64,000 nt of DNA, from positions 131,579-195,578 of the forward strand of contig CAWGBA010000004.1 of the NCBI GenBank assembly GCA_963820735.1, written 5' to 3'. The notes beneath the pieces are model-generated. The model saw only the letters and a program-made list of their open reading frames with translations, did not search any database and had not been told where the DNA came from. Positions within the stretch are counted from its first letter, which is position 1. The number at the start of each line of letters is the position of its first letter. Made by a program: the position numbers and the translations under genes. Source of the DNA: an uncultured Chloroflexia bacterium. GTDB taxonomy: Bacteria > Chloroflexota > Limnocylindria > Limnocylindrales > CSP1-4. Below are positions 39,456 to 47,586 of this stretch, piece after piece.

Positions 39456-39577
39456 GGGTTGAATGCAATCCTCAACGGCGAGTCGCTCGGGGCACGTATC
39501 AACGGCCCTACATATAAGCGCTCGTTGATACTATTCGCCACCCACGCCGCCTGTCAAGGGCGAATCGAACGGTGACC

Positions 39578-39994
39578 GTGGGTCTCACCGCGCTGGTCGT
39601 TTGGCCCCGTACCAAGCTCGGGTTGGTCTCACCCCCGGATGGTCGCCCTAGGCCGGGATCCTATGTGGTCATTCGTGCACGGGGAGCACGGTGAGGACAG
39701 CGTCTGTCACGTCGAGAACGCTCGTCACGATCTGTAGGCCGCTAGTCCACGCTCAGCGATGGTCGATTCGGGTCGTCGCTGACGGTCACCGGGGCCGCCG
39801 AGGTGGCATGCTCCACGGGCCACGAGATTGCCCTACGTGCTGCCCACGCGCGTCTGACCACGAGTGATGCCGAGTAGGGCAATTACCGTGCTCGGCAGGC
39901 GCAGCTGACAGCCAGCCCCGCTTCGGAGCGAGCGCTGGCCGACGACAGGAGACCGGCCTGCGACCGTACACGGGTTGCCGACCGGACCCGACCA
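39578..39994. repeat. Dispersed noncoding direct repeat, copy 2 (~417 nt)
   Basis: Same orientation and near-identical to 32570..32981. Lies 123 nt upstream of the ArsR start, in the divergent region shared with the MFS gene. Confidence 0.9.
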
Positions 39995-40128
39995 GCAACT
40001 GCCGGTCGGGCGGTGGCCGCAGGCGCTGTTATCGTCGGTGCGATGCCGAAGCTCAGCCGCGCCGAGCCGGATGCCCTTGCCGCGAGCGCCTTCGCCTCCA
40101 TCGACTCGGGTGGCGCGGTGCGCGCGCC

Positions 40129-41787
40129 GTGACCCCGACGCGCCGGCTGGTGCTGCTCCTCGCGCTGTGCGGTGGCGCGCTTCTCGTGGGGGTCGAGCTG
40201 ATGATCACGGCGGTTGCCCTGCCGTCGATCCTCAAGGACCTTGCCGACTGGACGCAGCTCCGGCGGGCGAGCTGGATCGTCAACGCCTACCTGCTGGCCT
40301 ACATCGCGACGATGCCGCTCGCGGGCCGGGCAGCCGATCGCTTCGGCCTGCCGCGGCTGTTCATGCTGGCGCTCGGATCGTTCGCGCTCGGGTCGGTCCT
40401 GTCGGGAGCGTCGCAATCGCTTGACCAGCTGATCATCGCCCGGCTGGTGCAGGGAATCGGCGGCGGGGCGATCGTGCCATTGGCGACAGCCGGTGCGAGC
40501 CAGCTCTACCAGGGCGATGCGCGGTCTCGTGCGCTCGGCTTGGTCGGAGCGTGCACGTTCCTTGGCATGGCACTTGGTCCGTTCCTCGGTGCGACCGTGC
40601 TCGAGGCGATGGACCTGACGGCAGCTTTCGCGGCCGCCGGGCAGACGCACACGCTGGCCGCGGAACTGCTCGTGCCTTCGTGGCGCTGGATCTTCTACTT
40701 CGTCGCACCGCTGGCGGTCGTCTCGCTCCTCTTCGTCTGGGCGGCGGCACCCGACTGGGAGGAGGTCCACACCCCGGGGCGCATCGACGCGCTCGGTGCC
40801 GGCCTGTTCACCGCCACGATCGGCCTCGGACTGCTGACGCTGACCACGCTTGGCCAACCGGCGCCCGATGAGCCGGTCGAGGGGCTCGCGGTGATCCTCG
40901 GGCCGCCGCTCTACGCCGCGCTGACGCTGATCACCGGCGCGCTTGCGCTCCGGCACTTCCGCAGAACGCCGGACCCGTTCATCGACCTCCGGACCTTCCG
41001 CAACCGCGTCTTCTCCAGCGCCGTGGTCGTCAGCCTGCTGACGGGCTACGGGCTCGCTACGGCGATCATCGGCTCGGCGGTCTTCATCGACCGCGTCCGC
41101 TACGAGGGAGCCGACGAGCAGCGGCTGGTGCTGGGATCGCTGGCGTTGGCCACGGCGGTCGGTGCGCTCGTGTCGGGTTTCGTGCTTCGGTATGTCGGCG
41201 TCGTCGCGCTCGGGTTGGTGGGCCTGCTGGCGGCGGCAGCAGGTCTCGCACTGATGGCCACGCTCGCCCCGGAGACACCGATCACCACCCTGGTCGTCGG
41301 CGTCGTCGTCTTCGGCGCGGGATTCGGCTTGACGGTGACGCCTCGCTCGGCGGCCGCGATCGAAGCACTCGGCCAGAGAGCCGTCGGCATGGCGTCGGCA
41401 GGCGTGACCGTCGCGCGGATGGCCGGGATGGCTGTGGGCCTCGCCGTGCTCACCGGGTTTGGCTCCAACCGGATCCAGGCACTGAGCGTCGTGCTGACCG
41501 ACCAGCAGGCGCGCGACGCGGTTCTGCCGCCCGAGCTGCAGGGGAGGCCGCTCGAGGACGGCCTTGTCGTCAACGCGCTCGAGCGTTGGGCGTCCAGCCA
41601 GGCGGCTGGGATTCTCTCCGGTCTGTTCATCGTTGCGGCCGTGGTGATGCTGATTGCCATCGTTCCCACGCTGGCGATGCGTCAACGCGCAATGCAGGCT
41701 GACTCCGGAGGCGGCAGCATCCCCGCGGATGGGGTTGACACCAACGGACGCGACGAAGCCGCGCGAGGGAGCGCAGCCGCGTTCTGA
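40129..41787 (+). CDS. MFS transporter, DHA2 (EmrB/QacA-like, 14-TMS) family
   Basis: 552-aa ORF. LPSILKDL......WIVNAYLLAYIATMPLAGRAADRFG and LIIARLVQGIGGGAIVP are typical DHA2 motifs. Confidence 0.8.
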   Translation: MTPTRRLVLLLALCGGALLVGVELMITAVALPSILKDLADWTQLRRASWIVNAYLLAYIATMPLAGRAADRFGLPRLFMLALGSFALGSVLSGASQSLDQLIIARLVQGIGGGAIVPLATAGASQLYQGDARSRALGLVGACTFLGMALGPFLGATVLEAMDLTAAFAAAGQTHTLAAELLVPSWRWIFYFVAPLAVVSLLFVWAAAPDWEEVHTPGRIDALGAGLFTATIGLGLLTLTTLGQPAPDEPVEGLAVILGPPLYAALTLITGALALRHFRRTPDPFIDLRTFRNRVFSSAVVVSLLTGYGLATAIIGSAVFIDRVRYEGADEQRLVLGSLALATAVGALVSGFVLRYVGVVALGLVGLLAAAAGLALMATLAPETPITTLVVGVVVFGAGFGLTVTPRSAAAIEALGQRAVGMASAGVTVARMAGMAVGLAVLTGFGSNRIQALSVVLTDQQARDAVLPPELQGRPLEDGLVVNALERWASSQAAGILSGLFIVAAVVMLIAIVPTLAMRQRAMQADSGGGSIPADGVDTNGRDEAARGSAAAF

Positions 41788-42092
41788 CGGCACGCCCGCG
41801 CATCGGTGGCCGACCTCCGACTGGGAGTTCCTGCCACGCAGTAGTGAACATGCTGTTCTGTCGGCCGCGCGCCGTTTCTGCCTTCATCCAGCAACGGGAA
41901 TGCTGTCTGGCAGCGATTTCGACGATTTTCCCGGCCTCGGCGCCTGACGATGTGTTTACCGGTACCCCGATCGGTACGTGATCGGAGGTCGGCGGAGAGC
42001 GCGAGCGGCGGACGCAGGTGATGTCCTGTGCAATCGTCGCCGCCGGAACGCGTTCCAATCACTTGCCCGCCTCCCGTCAGGACGCGGCACCT

Positions 42093-43521
42093 CTATGGAG
42101 TGTCGTAGCAGCCGCGCGGATCGGCGGGGGGATGGGCGGCGGTGTCGTCGGCCGGGAGGACGTCCTGAAGCGTCGCGAGGACCTGGAGCTTCGGGACGGT
42201 GCCGCGAGGGCCCTCGCTGGTCTGAAGGACCAGCTGCTGCGTGCCGGGTGACGCGGTCGCGATCGAGAAGTCGGTCGCGTGGCGCTTCACCTCGCTGATC
42301 GTGTAGACGTAGCGCAGGTCATCGTCGGTGTAGACCTCCACGATCGCGCCGAGCATGTTGGCGCCGTTCTGATCCTCGGACGAGATCAGCAGCGGCAGGA
42401 ACATGCCGTCTCGAGCGTGGGCGTAGAGATAGGTCGTGCCGAGCTGGCCGGGTTGCCCGAACGCGTCGAGGTACAGCGCGACATCGCAGGGCGGATAGCC
42501 ATCAGGGCCCTGTCCGGGAACGCTCACATCGGGTGAGATCACCGGAAGGTCGATGCGCAGCGACGGAATGATCACGCGAGTCGCAACCGATGGGTCGTCT
42601 GCGAATGGCGTCGGCGTCGGCACGACCGGGGTCGGCAGAGGCGTGGGAAATGGCATGGCCGACGGAGTCGGCGTCGGAGTGACTGTCGGCGACGGCGTGG
42701 GCGACGGCGACGAGGTTGGCGACGGACTAGGCGTCGGAGCAGGTGTGGGCGCTGGCGAGGGCGACGGCGACGGCGACGGCGTTGGCGTCGGAGCAGGTGT
42801 GGGCGCTGGCGAGGGCGTTGGAGCAAGCGTGGAGGTGGGCGACGGAGTACGCGACGGAATCAGCGTAGGTGTGGGCGTGGCCGTGGGCGTCGGCGTCGGC
42901 GGGAACGGCGGGAACGACAGCGCAAACGTCGGCGTTGGCGGCGCGGTTGGACTCGGCGTTGGACTGGGGCTCGGACTGGGGCTCGGACTCGGGCTAGGGC
43001 TCGGGCTCGGGCTCGGACTCGGACTTGGACTCGGCGTTGGGCTCGGGCTTGGACTGGGGCTCGGGCTCGGACTGGGACTCGGACTTGGACTCGGCGTCGG
43101 GCTTCGACGGCTCGGATGCGTCGGGCTCGGACTCGGACTCGGACTCGGCGGCTTGGATCGGCTCGGGCTCGGACTCGGACTCGGCGAGGGTGTCGGCGAG
43201 AGGTCGACGGGGAGTCGGCCTGGGTGTGGGCGACGGAGTCGGAGTCGCGATCACCGGCGACGGCGGCGCCCCGCTTGGCGGTAGGGCCGTAGGGTTGTGG
43301 TAGGGAGTCGCTGAGGGTTGTGCCTGCGCTCCCCCGTACGCGGCACCGCCCTCGCTCGTCGCGGCCGGGGAGCCGTACCACAGCAGCCCGGCGGCCAAGA
43401 GCGTCACGCTTGACGCCATCAGCAAGGCCGGGAAGAGGCGGTCAGCCGCGCGAAGAAGGCGCTCGATTGCTCCTCGGCCGGACTTCATGCGGTCCGATCG
43501 TAGCGCGGGAGCCGGGCACAC
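42093..43521 (-). CDS. Membrane-anchored sortase-like protein with long Pro/Ser/Thr (or Ser/Glu/Pro) low-complexity linker; frame change inside the repeat
   Basis: ORF 42994..43521 supplies the N-terminal anchor ([21 protein letters not shown]). By my manual translation, the frame of ORF 42093..42656 stays open upstream through the repeat to at least 43020 (SPSPS../PTPTP..). The C-terminal domain has sortase-like blocks: [27 protein letters not shown], and LVLQTSEGP in place of TLxTC. Confidence 0.5.
42660..43200. repeat. Low-complexity 6-nt-periodic repeat tract (GGCGTC/GGACTC/GGGCTC units)
   Basis: Runs such as ggactcgggctagggctcgggctcgggctcggactcggacttggactcgg. All frames on both strands are open, which generates several spurious ORFs. 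Confidence 0.85.
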
Positions 43522-43547
43522 CCGCTGCCACCAGAAGGTACGGTTCG

Positions 43548-44426
43548 ATGATGTCTCCCGCAGGAGAGCCGACCATCGCCACTGCCCGCGAGGCGATCAA
43601 CCGTTGCGCCCCCCTCCTGGACCACCGTCCGTTCCTGATCGTGTCGGACTTCGATGGGACGCTCAGCCAGATCGTCCTGGACCCGTGGGGAGCGGAGATT
43701 TTGCCCGGAGCGCGACGCGCGCTCCGCCGGCTGGTTGAAGTCCCCGGCGTGCACGTGGCGCTCCTGTCTGGCCGGCTGGCACGGGACGTTGCAGCGCGGA
43801 CCCGTGTCGGAGGCGCCACCTACGTCGGCAATCACGGGATGGAGCTCGGCCGGTTGCCACGCAGCGCTCGTGCCGAGACGCTCGAGGTCGCAGTCGTCCC
43901 GGTCGATGAGCGCCTCGTCACCGGCGCGGTCGAGATTGCCGAAGCGGTCGCCCGCGCCGTCAACCAGCCATGGCTGGTCGTCGAGGCGAAGCCGGCGTCG
44001 GTGGCATTCCACTTTCGCGGTGCGCCGGACATCGATGCGGCAGCGGTTCACGTGCGAGAAGCGATCGACGACGCCGACCCTGATCACCGTTTCGTGCGGT
44101 ATGCAGGTCGTCGAGTGCTGGAGCTGCGGCCCGAGGGTGCGCCGGGCAAGGGCGAGGCGCTGACGGCGCTGCTTCACGACGTGCGGCCTGCCGCGGCGAT
44201 CGTCATGGGTGACGACGTCACGGACGCGCAGGCGTTCGGTGTCCTGCGAGACGCACGGGCCACCGGTGGCCTCGCCGGACTCGCGATGGCCGTTCGGGCG
44301 CGGGCCGAGGTGCCGCAACTCGTCCTCGAGCAGGCGGACATGGTCCTCGGCTCGCCGGTCGACGCGGCGCGCTTCCTCGGTGGCTTGGCGCGCGCACTCG
44401 CGAGCGGGCCAAGGAATGGAAGCTAG
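43548..44426 (+). CDS. otsB: Trehalose-6-phosphate phosphatase (HAD-IIB)
   Basis: FLIVSDFDGTLS (HAD motif I), ALLSGR, GNHG and GDDVTD (motif IV). Start taken at MMSPAGE (43548). Confidence 0.75.
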   Translation: MMSPAGEPTIATAREAINRCAPLLDHRPFLIVSDFDGTLSQIVLDPWGAEILPGARRALRRLVEVPGVHVALLSGRLARDVAARTRVGGATYVGNHGMELGRLPRSARAETLEVAVVPVDERLVTGAVEIAEAVARAVNQPWLVVEAKPASVAFHFRGAPDIDAAAVHVREAIDDADPDHRFVRYAGRRVLELRPEGAPGKGEALTALLHDVRPAAAIVMGDDVTDAQAFGVLRDARATGGLAGLAMAVRARAEVPQLVLEQADMVLGSPVDAARFLGGLARALASGPRNGS

Positions 44427-45955
44427 AAGCCTCCGACCAGGGCAGTTGCCGCGCGCAATGCCGCGTCGTAGACGCCGGTGATGACCGCCGGGGCGAGGCC
44501 GATCGCGATCGTCGCGAAGGCCGCAACCGCGAGCCCGGTTGTCGTCATACGCCCGATCGTGATCTGGCGGGCGTTGGCGGGCGCTTCGCGCATGTACATG
44601 AACACGACGATGCGCAGGTAGTAGAACGCGGCTGCGGCGGCGTTGAGCATCATGATCACGGCCAGCACCGTCAGCCAGCCGCCGCCTTCGACCGCCGACA
44701 GCAGGATCAGCGCCTTGGCCATGAAGCCCGCAGTCGGCGGGATGCCGACCAGCGACAGCAGGAACAGCGTCAGCAGGATTCCGAGCAGCGGCGCTCGTCT
44801 TCCGAGCCCGGCGAACGACGAGATCTGGCTCGTCACCCCCGGCCTACGCTGCAATGCCGCAACGCAGGCGAAGGCACCCAGATTCATGAAGGCGTAGGCG
44901 ACGGCGTAGAAGAGCACCGCCTGGAGCCCGGCCTCCTGGACCCGTGGATCGCTCGCGCCCGCGAACACGGTAAGACCGACCAGGATGTATCCGGTGTGCG
45001 CAATCGAGCTGTAGGCCAGCATCCGCTTGATGTTGTCCTGGCCAAGGGCCGACAGGTTGCCAACCGTCATCGTGATCGCCGCGAGCACGCCGATGATCAG
45101 GTACCAGTCACCGCGGAGTGGCCCGAACGCCTCGACGAAGAGCCGCAGTGCGAGCGCGAACGCGCCGACCTTGGGGCCGACCGAGAGGTAGCCAGTCACC
45201 GGCGTTGGGGAGCCCTGGTACGCGTCGGGAGTCCAGTAGTGGAACGGGACGGCCGCGAGCTTGAACGCGACGCCGGTCGTCAGCAGCGCCATGCCGAAGA
45301 CGATCCCAGCCGGCAGCGTGTGGCCGACCTGCTCGCCCGCGGCCAGCTGCTGCAGGTCCTGAGCGATCGCGTGGATGTTGGTCGTGCCGGTGAAGCCGAA
45401 CGTGAACGCCAGGCCGAAGAGGAAGATTGCCGATGAGAACGAGCCCAGCAGGAAGTACTTGATGGCGCCTTCCGTCGACAGGCCGTCGCCCTTGGCGTAG
45501 CCGGCAAGCATGTAGCCCGGCAGCACCATCAGCTCCAGGCCCAGGAAGAGCACGAGCAAGTCGCGTCCGCCGCCGATGAGCATCGCGCCGCTGATCGCGA
45601 ACAGGAGTGTCGCGCTGAACTCGGCCATCGGCAGGCCGCGCGGCCGGAGGTAGTCCGGCGCGAACAGCATGGTCAGCACCGCGATCGAGAGGAACACGAG
45701 GTCGAGGAACTCGGTCAGGCTGTCGCGGACGTAGACGCCGCTGAAGACCTCCTGGCCCTGGGCGGGCAGGGCGCCGATCGAGCCGAGCGGTCCCGCGGCA
45801 ACGACCAGTCCGATGATCGCCAGCGTCCCGACGATCCCGACCGCCGAGATGAGGTTGTCGCGTTTCGGCCAGATGATGTCGACGATCACGATCAGGATGG
45901 CCAGCGCCGGCACGCACAGCCACGGTCCGATGGCGAGCCACTCGTTCGTCGTCAC
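44423..45955 (-). CDS. nuoN: NADH-quinone oxidoreductase subunit N
   Basis: 510-aa antiporter-like subunit (FHYWTPDAYQGSPTPVT, LAYSSIAHTGY). Last gene of the nuo operon. Confidence 0.9.
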   Translation of the reverse strand: MTTNEWLAIGPWLCVPALAILIVIVDIIWPKRDNLISAVGIVGTLAIIGLVVAAGPLGSIGALPAQGQEVFSGVYVRDSLTEFLDLVFLSIAVLTMLFAPDYLRPRGLPMAEFSATLLFAISGAMLIGGGRDLLVLFLGLELMVLPGYMLAGYAKGDGLSTEGAIKYFLLGSFSSAIFLFGLAFTFGFTGTTNIHAIAQDLQQLAAGEQVGHTLPAGIVFGMALLTTGVAFKLAAVPFHYWTPDAYQGSPTPVTGYLSVGPKVGAFALALRLFVEAFGPLRGDWYLIIGVLAAITMTVGNLSALGQDNIKRMLAYSSIAHTGYILVGLTVFAGASDPRVQEAGLQAVLFYAVAYAFMNLGAFACVAALQRRPGVTSQISSFAGLGRRAPLLGILLTLFLLSLVGIPPTAGFMAKALILLSAVEGGGWLTVLAVIMMLNAAAAAFYYLRIVVFMYMREAPANARQITIGRMTTTGLAVAAFATIAIGLAPAVITGVYDAALRAATALVGGF

Positions 45956-45956
45956 G

Positions 45957-47492
45957 TCAGCGTCCCACCGCGATGGCGCCGGCCTGGGCGATCTGGTGCA
46001 GCACCTGGTCGACCGGCTGGTTCACGAGGTTGAGGATGAGGCCCGGGAAGAGGCCGAAGAGCAGCGTCAGCGCAATGAGCGGGGTGAGGGTCATCAACTC
46101 GACCCGGTTGATGTCCGTGAGGTGGTGGCCGAGCCCCTTGAGGAAGTCGCTCACCTCGCCGAATGCGACGCGCTGGTACATCCACATCAGGTACGCGGCG
46201 CCGATGATCACGACCACGGTTGCAACGGCGGCCGCCGGCGGCCAGTAGACGAACGTGCCCAGGAAGACGAGGAACTCGCCAACGAACCCTGACAGGCCGG
46301 GGAGCCCCAGCGACGCCAGCATGAAGAAGCCGAAGATCGCCACGTAGACCGGTGTGCGCCCGGCGAGTCCGCCCATCTTGGCGATGGTCCGGTCATGGGC
46401 GCGCTCGTAGATCACGCCGACGCAGAGGAACAGCGCGCCCGTGATGACACCGTGGTTGATCATCTGGAGCACGGCGCCCTGGAGGCCCTGCTGCTGGAAG
46501 ACGAAGATGCCCAGCGTCACGAAGCCCATGTGGCTGACCGAGCTGTAGGCGACCAGCTTCTTCAGATCGGGCTGGACCATGGCCACGATCGCCCCGTAGA
46601 TGATCGCGATCAGCGAGAGCACGATGATCAGGCCGGCCAGGTCGACCGCCGCCTGCGGATAGAGCGGCAGCAGGAAGCGGATCATCCCGTAGCCGCCCAG
46701 CTTGAGAAGCACGCCGGCCAGGATCACGGAGCCTGCTGTCGGCGCTTCCACGTGCGCGTCGGGAAGCCAGGTGTGGAACGGCCACATGGGCACCTTGATC
46801 GCGAAGGCCAGGAAGAACGCCAGGAAGGCCCAGAACTGCAGCGTGGGGTCGAATCCGTGGCCACGCAGCGTCAGGTAGTCGAATGCGCCGTTCCATGAGC
46901 CGGTCGACGACTGGTAGGCGAACGCGGTGGCCAGGATCGCCACCAGCATCAGCAGCGAGCCGACCAGCGTGTAGAGGACGAACTTGATCGTCGCGTAGAT
47001 GCGGTTCGGGCCGCCCCAGATGCCGATGATCAGGTACATCGGCACGAGCACGACTTCCCAGAAGATGTAGAAGAAGAAGAGGTCGAGCGACAGGAAAACC
47101 CCGAGCATGCCGACCTCGAGGATGAGGAAGGAGATCATGTACTCCTTCACTCGCTCCTTGATCGGCCCGAAGCTGGCCAGGATGCTGATCCATGTCAAGG
47201 TGGTCGTGAGCACGACCAGGAGCAGCGAGATCCCGTCGACGCCGACGTGATAGTTCACGCCGAAGGCCGGGATCCAGGGCACGACCTCCTGCATCTGGAA
47301 CTCGCTGCCGGTCGCGGGGTGGAACGCCGCAACCATCAGCAGGGAGAGCCCCCAGACGATCAGGGAGATCAGCAGCGCCGCCCAGCGGATCAGCCTGAAG
47401 TTGTCCTTTGGGAGGAACGCCAGGATCACCGCGCCGATCAGCGGGCCGAAGATGATCGCGGAGAGGATCGGGAAGCCCCCGAGGTCGATCAT
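45957..47492 (-). CDS. nuoM: NADH-quinone oxidoreductase subunit M
   Basis: FHTWLPDAHVEAPTAGSVILAGVLLK, LVAYSSVSHMGF. Start taken at MIDLGGFPIL (47492). Confidence 0.9.
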   Translation of the reverse strand: MIDLGGFPILSAIIFGPLIGAVILAFLPKDNFRLIRWAALLISLIVWGLSLLMVAAFHPATGSEFQMQEVVPWIPAFGVNYHVGVDGISLLLVVLTTTLTWISILASFGPIKERVKEYMISFLILEVGMLGVFLSLDLFFFYIFWEVVLVPMYLIIGIWGGPNRIYATIKFVLYTLVGSLLMLVAILATAFAYQSSTGSWNGAFDYLTLRGHGFDPTLQFWAFLAFFLAFAIKVPMWPFHTWLPDAHVEAPTAGSVILAGVLLKLGGYGMIRFLLPLYPQAAVDLAGLIIVLSLIAIIYGAIVAMVQPDLKKLVAYSSVSHMGFVTLGIFVFQQQGLQGAVLQMINHGVITGALFLCVGVIYERAHDRTIAKMGGLAGRTPVYVAIFGFFMLASLGLPGLSGFVGEFLVFLGTFVYWPPAAAVATVVVIIGAAYLMWMYQRVAFGEVSDFLKGLGHHLTDINRVELMTLTPLIALTLLFGLFPGLILNLVNQPVDQVLHQIAQAGAIAVGR

Positions 47493-47586
47493 GTTTCTCT
47501 CCGCAGGGCAGCGCTGCGCTTGCGCGGCTGCGCGCGAAGCTGTCGGGTCCCAGTGTTGCCGCTGGGCTCCGACAGACGCTTGCGGT

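Noticed and set aside
39883-41793. 636-aa minus-strand ORF opposite the DHA2 MFS gene, extending into repeat copy 2
   Set aside because: Arg/Glu-rich shadow ORF. The plus-strand transporter is clearly real.
42660-43200. Possible CRISPR array, given the regular short repeats
   Set aside because: The period is 6-12 nt with no unique spacers. The tract lies inside a coding linker, and no cas genes are nearby.
42553-43284. 243-aa plus-strand ORF encoding [10 protein letters not shown] repeats
   Set aside because: It is the complement of the Pro/Ser/Thr/Glu linker tract. It is open only because the 6-nt repeat lacks stops in all frames. It has no start context or flanking domain.
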